Source of the DNA: Eledone cirrhosa
Lineage: Eukaryota
Direction of reading: 5' to 3'
Length of the DNA: 64,000 nt
NCBI GenBank assembly: GCA_964016885.1
Contig: OZ024740.1
Coordinates: 279,372,001-279,436,000, forward strand
In this document: positions 14,342 through 27,300 of the stretch, piece by piece
How the letters are laid out: the number at the start of each line of letters is the position of its first letter
How positions within the stretch are numbered: position 1 is the first letter of the stretch
Program-made: the position numbers and the translations under genes
Notes under the pieces: generated by a model
The model's database searches: none
Told to the model about the DNA's origin: nothing
The model's input: only the letters and a program-made list of their open reading frames with translations

Positions 14342-15895
14342 TCGTAAGTCGAAACACTCGTAAGCCGAAACACTCGTGAGCCGAAACACTCGTAAAGTCG
14401 GAACACTCGTAAGTCAGAACACTCGTAAGTCAGAACACTCGTAAGTCAGAACACTCGTATCGAAACACTCGTATGTCAAAACACGCGTAAGTCAAAACAC
14501 TCGTAACACGAAACACTCGTAAGCCGAAACACCGTAAGCCAAACCACTCGTAAGTCGAAACACCCGTAAGTCGGAACACTTGTAAGTCGAAACACTCGTA
14601 AGCCGAAACACTCGTAAGCCGAAACACTCGTATGTCGAAACATCCGTAAATCAGAACACTCGTATGTCAGAACACTCGTAAGTCGAAACACTCGTAAGTC
14701 GAAACACTTGTAAGTCGAAACACCCTTAAGTCAAAACACCCGTAAGTCGAAACACTCGTAAGTCGAAACACTCGTATGTCAAAACACCCGTAAGTCATAA
14801 CACTCGTAAGTCGAAACACTCGCAAGCAGAAACACCGTAAGTCAAAACACTCGTAAGTCAAAACACTCGTAAGTCGAAACACTCGTAATTCGAAACACTC
14901 GTAAGTCGAAACATTCGTAAGTCAAAACACTCATACGCCGAAACACTCGTAAGTCGAAACTCTCGTAAGTCGAAGCGCTCGTAAGTCGAAACACTCTTAA
15001 GTCGAAAGACCCGTAAGTCGAAACACCCGTACGTCAAAACACTCGTATGTCGAAACACTCCTAAGCCGAAACACCGTAAGTCAAAACACTCGTAAGTCGA
15101 AACACTCATAAGTCGAAACACTCGTAAGCCGAAACACTCGTAAGTCGAAACACTCGTAAGCCGAAGCACTCGTAAGTCGAAACCCTCATAAGCCGAAACA
15201 CTCGTAAGTCGGAACACTCGTAAGTCAGAACACCCGTAAGTCAGAACACTCGTAAGCCAAACAATCGTAAGTCAAAACACTCGTAAGTCAAAACACTCGT
15301 AAGCCGAAACACTCGTAAGCCGAAACACTCGTAAGCCGAAACAGTCGTAAGTCGAAACACTCGTAAGTCGAAACACACGTAAGCCGAAACACTGAAACAC
15401 TCGTAAGCTGAAACACTCGTAAGTCGAAACACTCGTAAGCCGAAACACTCATAAGCCGAAACACTCGTAAGCCAAAACATTCGTACGTCGAAACACTCGT
15501 AAGCCGAAATACTCGTAAGTCGAAACAATCGTAAGCCGAAGCACTCGTAAGTCGAAACACTCATAAGCCGAAACACTCGTAAGTCGAAACACTCGTAAGT
15601 CAAAACACACGTAAGCCGAAACACCGAAACACTCGTAAGCCGAAACACTCGTAAGTCGAAACACTCGCAAGTCGAAACACTCGTAAGTCGAAACACTCGT
15701 AAGTAGGAACACTCGTAAGTCAGATCACTCGTAAGTCGAAGTAAGTCAAAACATTCGTAAGTCAAAGCACTCGTAAGTCGAAACACTCGTAAGTCGGAAC
15801 ATTCGTAGTCGAAAAACGCGTAAGTCGAAACAACCGTAAGTTAAAACACTCGTAAGTCGAAACACTCGTACGCCGAAACACTCGTAAAGCGAAAC

Positions 15896-15964
15896 GTATA
15901 AATAAAGATTAATGTAATGAATTTGAAAAGCATAGATATTTGAAACCGCGTCTATTTGTTATTT
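15896..15964. other. 69-bp AT-rich insert, copy 4 (allele A)
   Basis: Matches allele A (GAAAAGCATAGATATTTG), with the same upstream variant context as copies 1 and 2. Confidence 0.95.
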
Positions 15965-18900
15965 TCGTAAGTCGAAACACTCGTAAGCCGAAACACTCGT
16001 AAGTAGAAACACTCGTAAGTCGGAACATTCGTAAGTCGAAACACTCGTAAGTCGAAACACTCGTAAGTCGAAACACGCGTAAGTCGAAACACCCGTAAGT
16101 TAAAACACTCGTAAGTCGAAACACCCGTAAGTCAGAACATTCGTAAGTCAAAACACTCGTAAGTCGAAACACTCGTAAGTCGGAACACTCGTAAGTCAGA
16201 ACACTCGTAAGTCAGGACACTCGTAAGTCAGAACACTCGTAAGTCGAAACACTCGTAAGTCGAAACACTCGCAAGTCGAAACACTCGTAAGTCGAAACAC
16301 TCGTAAGTAGGAACACTCGTAAGTCAGATCACTCGTAAGTCGAAGTAATTCAAAACATTCGTAAGTCAAAGCACTCGTAAGTCGAAACACTCGTAAGTCA
16401 AAACACTCGTACGCCGAAACACACGTAAGTCGAAACACTCGTATGTCGAAGCGCTCGTAAGTCGAAACACTCTTACGTCGAAACACCCGTAAGTCGAAAC
16501 ACCCGTAAGTCAAAACACTCGTATGTCGAAACACTCGTAAGTCGAAACACCATAAGTCAAAACACTCGTAAGTCGAAACACTCATAAGCCGAAACACTCG
16601 TAAGTCGAAACAGTCGTAAGCCGAAACACTCGTAAGTCGAAACACTCGTAAACCGAAGCACTCGTAAGTCGAAACACTCATAAGCTGAAACACTCGTAAG
16701 TCGGAACACTCGTAAGTCAGAACACCCGTAAGTCAGACCACTCGTAAGTCAGAACACTCGTAAGTCAGAACACTCGTAAGTCAGAACACTCGTAAGTCAG
16801 AACACTCGTATCGAAACACTCGTATGTCAAAACACCCGTAAGTCAAAACACTCGTAAGTCAAAACACTCGTAAGCCGAAACACCGTAAGTCAAAACACCC
16901 GTAAGTCGAAACACTCGTAAACCGAAACACTCGTAACTCGAAACAATCGTAAGCCGAAACACTCGTAAGTCGGAACACCCGTAATTCGAAACACTCGTAA
17001 GACGAAACACTCGTAAGTCGGAACATTCGTAGTCGAAACACTCGTAAGTCTAAACACTCGTAAATCGAAACACGCGTAAGTCGAAACACCCGTAAGTGAA
17101 AAAAACAATCGTAAGTCGAAACACTCGTAAGTCAGAACACTTGTAGGTCAGAACACTCGTAAGTCGAAACACTCGTTAGTCAGAACACTCGAAACACTCG
17201 TAAGTCGAAACACTCGTATCGAAACACTAGTATGTCAAAACACCCGTAAGTCTTAACACTCGTAAGTCGAAACACTCGTAAGCAGAAACACCGTAAGTCA
17301 AAACACTCGTAAGTCGAAACACTCGTAAGTCGGAACACTTGTAAGCCGAAACACTCGTAAGTCGGAACGCTCGTAAGTCGGAACACTCGTAAGTCAGAAC
17401 ACTCGTAAGTCGAAACACTCGTAAGCCGAAACACTCGTAAGTCGGAACACTCGTAAGTCAGAACGCTCGTAAGTCAGAACACTCGTAAGTCAGAACACTC
17501 GTAAGTCAGAACACTCGTAAGTCAGAACACTCGTAACACTCGTACGTCGAAACACTCGTATCGAAACACTCGTATGTCAAAACACCCGTAAGTCTTAACA
17601 CTCGTAAGTCGAAACACTCGTAAGTCGGAACGCTCGTAAGTCGGAACACTCGTAAGTCTGAACACTCGTATGTCGAAACACTCGTAAGCCGAAACACCGT
17701 AAGTAAAAACACTCGTAAGTCGAAACACCCATAAGTCGAAACACTCGTAAGCCGAAACACTCGTAAGTCGAAACACTCATAAGCCGAAACACTCGTAAAT
17801 CGGAACACTCGTAACTCACAACACCCGTAAGTCAAAACACTCGTAAGTCAAAACACTCGTAAGTCGAAACACTCGTAAGCCGGAAACACTCGTAAGTCGA
17901 AACACTCGTAAGCCAAAAATACTCGTAAGTCGAAACACCCTTAAGTCAAAACACTCGTAAGTCAAAACACTCGTAAGCCGAAACACCCGTAAGTCAAAAC
18001 ACCCGTAAGTCGAAACACTCGTAAGTCGAAACACTCGTACGCCGAAACACTCGTAAGCCGAAAGACTCGTAAGTCGAAACACTCGTAAGCCGAATCTCCG
18101 TAAGTCAAAACATTCGTAAGTCAAAACACTCGTAAGTCGAAACACTCGTAAGTCGAAACACTCGTAAGTCAAAACTCTCGTACGCCGAAACACTCGTAAG
18201 TAAGAACATTAGTAAGTCGAAACACTCGTAAGCCGAAACACCCGTAAGTCAAAACATTCGTAAGTCAAAACACTCGTAAGTCGAAACACCCGTAAGTCAA
18301 AACACTCGTATGTCGAAACACCCATAAGTCGAAACACTCGTAAGCCGAAACACTCGTAAGTCGAAACACTCATAAGCTGAAACACTCGTAAGTCGGAACA
18401 CTCGTAAATCAGAACACCCGCAAGTCAGAACACTCGTAAATCAGAACACTCTTAAGTCGAAACTCACGTAAGCCGAAACACTCGTAAGTCGAAACACTCG
18501 TAAGTCGAAACACTCGTAAGTCAAAACACTCGTACGCCGAAACACTCGTAAGTAAAAACATTAGTAAGTCGAAACACCCATAAGCCGAAACACTCGTAAG
18601 TCGAAACACTCGCAAGCCGAAACACCCGTGAGTCAAAACATTCGTAAGTCGAATCACTCGTAAGCCGAAACACCGTAAGTCAAAACACTCGGAAGTCGAA
18701 ACACTCGTAAGCCGGAAACACTCGTAAGCCGAAACACTCGTAAGTCGGAACACTCGTAAGTCGGAACACTCGTAGGTCAGAACACTCGTAAGTCAAAACA
18801 CTCGTAAGTCAGAACACTCGTAAGTCAGAACACTCGTATCGAAACACTCGTATGTCAAAGCACCCCTAAGTCAAAACACTCGTAAGTCGAAACACTCGTA

Positions 18901-20302
18901 AGCCGAAACACCGTAAGTCAAAACACTCGTAAGTCAAAACACTCGTAAGCCGAAACACTCGTAAGTCGAAAAACTCATAAGTCGAAACACTCGTAAGTCG
19001 AAACACTCGTATGTCGAAACATCCGTAAATCAGAACACTCGTAAGTCAAAACACTCGTAAGTCGAAACACTCGTAAGCCAAAAATACTCGTAAGTCGAAA
19101 CACCCTTAAGTCAAAACACTCGTAAGTCGGAACACTCGTAAGCCGAAACACCCGTAAGTCAAAACACCCGTAAGTCGAAACACTCGTAAGTCGAAACACT
19201 CGTACGCCGAAACACTCGTAAGTAAAAACTTTAGTAAGTCGAAACACTCGTAAGCCGAAACACTCGTAAGTCGAAACACTCGTAAGACGAAACACCCGTA
19301 AGTCAAAACATTCGTAAGTCAAAACACTCGTAAGTCGAAACACCCATAAGTAGAAACACTCGTAAGCCGAAACACTCGTAAGTCGAAACACTCATAAGCC
19401 GAAACACACGTAAGTCGGAACACTCGTAAATCAGAACACCCGCAAGTCAGAACACTCGTAAATCAGAACACTCTTAAGTCGAAACTCACGTAAGCCGAAA
19501 CACTCGTAAGTCGAAACACTCGTAAGTGGAAACATCCTTAAGTCAAAACATTCGTACACCGAAACACTCGTAAGTAAAAACATTAGTAAGTCGAAACACT
19601 CGTAAGCCGAAACACTCGTAAGTCGAAACACCCGTAAGTCGAAACACCCGTAACTCAAAACACTCGTATGTCGAAACACTCGTAAACCGAAACACTCGTA
19701 AGTCGGAACACTCGTAAGTCAGAACACTCGTAAGTCAGAACACTCGTAAGTCGAAACACTCATAAGTCGAAACACTCGTAAGTCGAAACACCCGTAAGCC
19801 GAAACACCCGTAAGTCAAAACATTCGTAAGTCAAAACACTCGTAAGTCGAAACACTCGTAAGTCAAAACACTCGAACGCCGAAACACTCGTAAGTAAAAA
19901 CATTAGTAAGTCGAAACACTCATAAGCCGAAACACTCGTAAGTCGAAACACTCGCAAGCCGAAACACCGTAAGTCAAAACACTCGTAAATCGGAACACTG
20001 GTAATTCACAACACCCGTAAGTCAAAACACCCGTATGTCAAAACACTCGTAAGTCGAATCACTCGTAAGCCGAAACACCGTAAGTCAAAACACTCGAAAG
20101 TCGAAACACTCGTAAGTCGAAACACTCGTAAGCCGCCGAAACACTCCTACGTCGGAACACTCGTAAGTCGGAACACTCGTAAACCGAAACACTCGTAAGC
20201 AAAAACATTCGTAAGTCGAAACACCCGTAAGCAAAAACATTCGGAAGTCGAAACACTCGTATGTCGAAACACTCGTAAGTCGAAACACTCGTAAAGCGAA
20301 AC

Positions 20303-20371
20303 GTATAAATAAAGATTAATGTAATGAATTTGAAAATCATAGAGATTTGAAACCGCGTCTATTTGTTATTT
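20303..20371. other. 69-bp AT-rich insert, copy 5 (allele B)
   Basis: Matches allele B (GAAAATCATAGAGATTTG), with the same upstream context as copy 3 (gcaaaaacattcggaagtcg...). Confidence 0.95.
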
Positions 20372-21300
20372 TCGTAAGTCGAAACACTCGTAAGCCGAAA
20401 CACTCCTGAGCCGAAACACTCGTAAAGTCGGAACACTCGTAAGTCAGAACACTCGTAAGTCAGAACACTCGTAAGTCAGAACACTCGTATCGAAACACTC
20501 GTATGTCAAAACACGCGTAAGTCAAAACACTCGTAACTCGAAACACTCGTAAGCCGAAACACCGTAAGCCAAACCACTCGTAAGTCGAAACACCCGTAAG
20601 TCGGAACACTCGTAAGTCGAAACACTCGTAAGTCGAAACACTCGTAAGCCGAAACACTCGTAAGCCGAAACACTCGTGAGTCGGAACACTCGTAAATCAG
20701 AACACTCGTAAGTCAGAACACTCGTAAGTCAGAACACCCGTAAGCCAAAACACTCGTAAGTCGAAACACTCCTAAGTCGAAACACTCGTATGTCGAAACA
20801 TCCGTAAATCAGAACACTCGTAAGTCAGAACACTCGTAAGTCGAAACACTCGTAATTCGAAACACTTGTAAGTTGAAACACCCTTAAGTCAAAACACCCG
20901 TAAGTCGAAACACTCGTAAATCGAAACACTCGTACGCCGAAAAACTCGTAAGTAAAAACATTAGTAAGTCGAAACACTCGCAACCCGAAACACTCGTAAG
21001 TCGAAACACTCGTAAGCCGAAACACCCGTAGGTCAAAACATTCGTAAGTCAAAACACTCGTAAGTCGAAACACTCGTAAGTCAAAACACTCGTACGCCGA
21101 AACACTCGTAAGTAAAAACAGTAGTAAGTCGAAACACTCATAAGCCGAAACACTCGTAAGTCGAAACACTAGCAAGCCGAAACACCCGTAAGTCAAAACA
21201 TTCGTAAGTCGAATCACTCTTAAGCCGAAACACCGTAAGTCAAAACACTCGTAAATCGGAACACTCGTAATTCACAACACCCGTAAGTCAAAACACCCGT

Positions 21301-24300
21301 AAATCTCAGCCAAATCGCACCTAAATCTCAGCTATATATTAGTTAAATCACACCTAAATCTAAACTAAATGTAAACTAAATCTCAGTTAAATCTAAGATA
21401 AATATTCGCTAAATCTCACCTAAATCTACGCAAAATCTCAGCTAAATCTCACCTAAATTAAACTAAATTTAAGCTAAATCTCACCTAAATCTAAGCTTAA
21501 TCTAAGCTAAATCTAAGCTAAATCTCACCTAAATCTAATGTAAATATAAGCTAAATCTCAACTAAATCTAATTTAAATATAAGCTAAATCTCATCTATAT
21601 CTAAGCTAAATCTAAGCTAAATCTCACCTAAATCTAAGCTAATTCTAAGCTAAATCTAACCTAAATTTAAATTAAATACAAGCAAAATCTCACCTAAATC
21701 TAAGTTAAATCTAAGCTAAATCTTACCTTAATCTAATCTAAATCTCATCTAAATCTAAGCTAAATATAAGCTAAATCTCACCTAAATCTATGCTAAATAT
21801 AAGCTAAATCTAAGCTAAATCTAAACTAAATCTAAGCTAAATCTCACCTAAATCTAAGCTAAATATAGGCTAAAACTCACATTAATATAAGCTAAATCTT
21901 AGCTAAATCTCACCTAAATCTCAACTGAATCAAAGCTAAGTCTCAGCTAAATTTAAGCTAAATATAAGCTAAGTCTCACCAAAATCTCAGCTAAATCTAA
22001 GATAAATCTCACGTAAATCCAAGCTAAATCTAAGCTAAATCTCACCTTAATATAAGCTAAATCTAATGTAAATCTCACATAAATATAAGCTAAATCTAAG
22101 CTAAATTTCACCTAAATCTAAGCTAAATCTCACATAAATCTAAGCTAAAACTCATCTAAAGCTAAGCTAATTCTAAGCTAAATCTCACCTAAATCTAAGC
22201 TAAATATAAGCTAAATCTCACCTAAATCTAAGCTAAATCTAAGCTAAATCTCACCTCAATATAAGCTAAATCTATGGTAAATCTCACCTCATTCTAAGCT
22301 AAATATGAGCTAAATCTCACCTAAATATGAACTAAATCTATGCTAAATCTCACCTAAATCTAAGCTAAATATAAGCTAAATCTCACCTAAATCTAAGCTA
22401 AAACTCATCTAAAGCTTAGCTAATTCTAAGCTAAATCTCACCTAAATCTAAGCTAAATATAAGCTAAATCTCACATAAGTCTCAGCTAAATCTAAGCTAA
22501 ATGTAAGCTAAATCTCACATAAATCTAAGCTAAATCTAAGCTAAATCTCACGTAAATATGAGCTAAATCTATGCTAAATCTCACCTAAATCTAAGCTAAA
22601 TCTAAGCTAAATCTCACCTAAATCTAAGCTAAATATAAGCTAAATCTCACCTAAATCTAAGCTAAATCTCACCTAAATCTAAGCTAATTCTAAGCTAAAT
22701 CTCACGTAAATCTAAGCTAAATCTAAGCTAAATCTAAGCTAAATCTCACATAAATCTAAGCTAAATCTAAGTTAAATCTAACCTAAATATAAGCTAATTC
22801 TAACCTAAATCTAACCTAAATCTAGGCTAAATACAAGCTAAATCTCACCTAAAGCTAAGCTAATTCTAAGCTAAATCTCACCTAAATCTAAGCGAAATAT
22901 AAGCTAAATCTCACCTAAAGCTAAGCTAATTCTAAGCTAAATCTCACCTAAATCTAAGCTAAATATAAGCTAAATCTCACGTAAATCTAAGCTAAATCTA
23001 AGCTAAATCTCACATAAATCTAAGCTAAATCTAAGTTAAATCTAACCTAAATCTCACCTAAATCTAAGCTAAATATAAGCTAAATCTCACCTAAATCTAA
23101 GCTAAATCTCACCTAAATCTAAGCTAAATATAAGCTAAATCTCACCTAAATCTAAGCTAAATATGAGCTAAATCTCACCTAAATCTAAGTTAAATCTAAG
23201 CTAAATCTAACTTAAATATAAGCTAAATCTAACCTCAATCTAACCTAAATCTAAGCTAAATCTAAGATAAATCTCACCTAAATATAAGCTAAATCTATGC
23301 TAAATCTCACCTAAATCTAAGCTAAATATGAGCTAAATCTCATCTAAATATGAACTAAATCTATGCTAAATCTCACCTAAATCTAAGCTAAATATAAGCT
23401 AAATCTCACCTAAATCTAAGCTAAATATGAGCTAAATCTCACCTAAATCTAAGGTAAATCTAAGCTAAATCTAACCTAAATATAAGCTAAATCTAACCTA
23501 AATCTAACCTAAATCTAAGCTAAATCTAAGCTAAATCTAAGCTAAATATAAGCTAAATTTAACCTAAATCTAACCTAAATCTAAGCTAAATCTAAGCTAA
23601 ATCTCACCTAAATATGAGCTAAATCTATGCTAAATCTCACCTAAATCTAAGCTAAATCTAAGCTAAATCTCACCTAAATATGAGCTAAATCTATGCTAAA
23701 TCTCACCTAAATCTAAGCTAAATATAAGCTAAATCTCAACTAAATATAAGATAAATATAAGCTAAATCTCACCTAAATCTAGGCTAAATATAAGCTAAAT
23801 CTCACCTAAATCTAAGCTAAATATGAGCTAAATCTCACCTAAATCTAAGCTAAATCTAAACTAAATCTCACCTAAATTTAAGCTAAATATAAGCTAAATC
23901 TCACCTAAATATAAGCTAAATCTATGCTAAATCTCACCTAAATCTAAGCTAAATATAAGTCAAATCTCACCTAAATCTAGGCTAAATCTCACCTAAATCT
24001 AAGCAAAATCTCACCTAAATCTAAGCTAAATATGAGCTAAATCTCACATAAATCTAAGCTAACTCTAAGTTAAATCTAACCTAAATATAAGCTAAATCTA
24101 ACCTAAATCTTACCCAAGTCTATGCTAAATATGAACTAAATCTAAACTAAATATGAGCTAAATCTAAGCTAAATCTCACCTAAATATAAGCTAAATCTAT
24201 GGTAAATCTCACCTAAATCTAAGCTAAATATGAGCTAAATCTCACCTAAATATGAACTAAATCTATGCTAAATCTCACCTAAATCTAAGCTAAATATAAG

Positions 24301-27300
24301 CTAAATCTCACCTAAATCTAAGCTAAAACTCACCTAAAGCTAAGCTAATTCTAAGCTAAATCTCACCTAAATCTAAGCTAATTCTAAGCTAAATCTCACC
24401 TAAATCTAAGCTAAATATAGGCTAAATCTCACGTAAATCTAAGCTAAATCTAAGCTAAATCTAAGCTAAATCTCACATAAATCTAAGCTAAATCTAAGTT
24501 AAATCTAACCTAAATATAAGCTAAATCTAACCTAAATCTAACCTAAATCTAGGCTAAATATGAGATAAATCTCACCTAAATATGAACTAAATCTATGCTA
24601 AATCTCACCTAAATCTAAGCTAAATATAAGCTAAATCTCACCTAAATCTAAGCTAAATATGAGCTAAATCTCACCTAAATCTAAGGTAAATCTAAGCTAA
24701 ATCTAACCTAAATATAAGCTAAATCTAACCTAAATCTAACCTAAATCTAACCTAAATCTAAGCTAAATCTCACCTAAATATAGGCTAAATCTATGCTAAA
24801 TCTCATCTAAATCTAAGCTAAATATTAGCTAAATCTCACCTAAATATAAGCTAAATCTCACCTAAATCTAAGCTAATTCTAAGCAAAATCTCACCTAAAT
24901 ATAAGCTAAATATAAGCTAAATCTCACATAAATCTAAGCTAAATCTAAGCTAAATCTAAGCTAAATATAAGCTAAATTTAACCTAAATCTAACCTAAATC
25001 TAAGCTAAATCTAAGCTAAATCTCACCTAAATATGAGCTAAATCTATGCTAAATCTCACCTACATCTAAGCTAAATCTAAGCTAAATCTCACCTAAATAT
25101 GAGCTAAATCTATGCTAAATCTCACCTAAATCTAAGCTAAATATAAGCTAAATCTCAACTAAATATAAGATAAATATAAGCTAAATCTCACCTAAATCTA
25201 GGCTAAATATAAGCTAAATCTCACCTAAATCTAAGCTAAATATGAGCTAAATCTCACCTAAATCTAAGCTAAATCTAAACTAAATCTAACCTAAATATAA
25301 GCTAAATCTAACCTAAATATAACCTAAATCTAGGCTAAATATAAGCTAAATCTCACCTAAAGCTAAGCTAATTCTAAGCTAAATCTCACCTAAATCTAAG
25401 CTAAATATAAGCTAAATCTCACCTAAATCTAAGCTAAATCTAAGCTAAATCTAACCTAAATATAAGCTAAATCTAAGATAAATCTCACCTAAATCTAAGC
25501 TAAATCTCATCTAAATCTAAGCTAAATCTCACCTAAATATAATCTAAATACGAACTAAATTACACCTAAATCTAGGCTCCATCTAAGCTAAATCTCACCT
25601 AAATCTAAGCTAAATATAAGCTAAATCTCACCTAAATCTAAGCTAAATCTCACCTAAATCTAAGCTAAATATAAGCTAAATCTCACCTAAATCTAAGCTA
25701 AATATGAGCTAAATCTCACCTAAATCTAAGTTAAATCTAAGCTACATCTAACTTAAATATAAGCTAAATCTCACCTCAATCTAACCTAAATCTAAGCTAA
25801 ATCTAAGATAAATCTCACCTAAATATAAGCTAAATCTATGCTAAATCTCACCTAAATCTAAGCTAAATATAAGCTAAATCTCACCTAAATCTAATCTAAA
25901 TCTCACCTAAATCTAAGCTAATTCTAAGCAAAATCTCACCTAAATATAAGCTAAATATAAGCTAAATCTCACATAAATCTAAGCTAAATCTAAGCTTAAT
26001 CTAGCTAAATATAAGCTAAATCTAACCTAAATCTAACCTAAATCTAAGCTAAATCTAAGCTAAATCTCACCTAAATATGAGCTAAATCTATGCTAAATCT
26101 AACCTAAATCTAAGCTAAATATAAGCTAAATCTCAACTAAATATGAACTAAATCTATGCTAAATCTCACCTAAATCTAAGCTAAATATAAGCTAAATCTC
26201 ACCTAAATCTAAGCTAAAACTCATCTGAAGCTAAGCTAATTCTAAGCTAAATCTCACCTAAATCTAAGCTAATTATAAGCTAATCTCACCTAAATCTAAG
26301 CTAAATATAAGCTAAATCTCACGTAAATCTAAGCTAAATCTAAGCTAAATCTAAGCTAAATCTCACATGAATCTAAGCTAAATCTAAGTTAAATCTAACC
26401 TAAATATAAGCTAAATCTAACCTAAATCTAACCTAAATCTAGGCTAAATATAAGCTAAATCTCACCTAAATATGAGCTAAATCTATGCTAAATCTCACCT
26501 AAATCTAAGCTAAATCTAAGCTAAATCTCACCTAAATATGAGCTAAATCGATGCTAAATCTCACATAAATCTAAGCTAAATCTAAACTAAATATGAGCTA
26601 AATCTAAGCTAAATCTCACCTAAATATAAGCTAAATCTATGGTAAATCTCACCTAAATCTAAACTAAATATGAGCTAAATCTCACCTAAATATAAACTAA
26701 ATCTATGCTAAATCTCACCTAAATCTAAGCTAAATATAAGCTAAATCTCACTTAATCTAAGCTAAAACTCATCTAAAGCTAAGCTAATTCTAAGCTAAAT
26801 CTCACCTAAATCTAAGCTAAATATAAGCTAAATCTCACATAAGTCTCAGCTACTTCTAAGCTAAATGTAAGCTAAATCTCACATAAATCTAAGCTAAATC
26901 TAAGCTAAATCTCACGTAAATATGAGCTAAATCTATGCTAAATCTCACCTAAATCTAAGCTAAATCTAAGCTAAATCTCACCTAAATATGAGCTAAATCT
27001 ATGCTAAATCTCACCTAAATCTAAGCTAAATATAAGCTAAATCTCACCTAAATCTAAGCTAAATCTCACCTAAATCTAAGCTAATTCTAAGCTAAATCTC
27101 ACCTAAATCTAAGCTAAATATAAGCTAAATCTCACGTAAATCTAAGCTAAATCTAAGCTAAATCTAAGCTAAATCTCACATAAATCTAAGCTAAATCTAA
27201 GTTAAATCTAACCTAAATATAAGCTAAATCTAACCTAAATCTAACCTAAATCTAGGCTAAATATAAGCTAAATCTCACCTAAAGCTAAGCTAATTCTAAG

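Larger units (their letters stand above)
1..21300. repeat. Satellite array A: 16-bp monomer, consensus CGAAACACTCGTAAGT, roughly 1,300 copies, continuing off the left edge
   Basis: Direct reading of (cgaaacactcgtaagt)n. Common substitutions give gccgaaac, gtcaaaac, gtcagaac, gtcggaac, cacccgta, cattcgta, ctcataag and cgtatgtc. Length variants include 15-bp cgaaacaccgtaagt, 14-bp cgtatcgaaacact and 17-bp gccggaaacactcgtaa. The minus-strand translation has a 16-aa period (LRVFRLTSVSTYECFD), as expected for a 16-nt unit. Confidence 0.99.

Noticed and set aside
526-21217. Dozens of minus-strand ORFs with LRVFRLTSVSTYECFD repeats
   Set aside because: They are translations of the 16-bp satellite. 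The same peptide appears in overlapping frames, starts and stops come from sporadic monomer variants, and indel monomers shift the frame freely.
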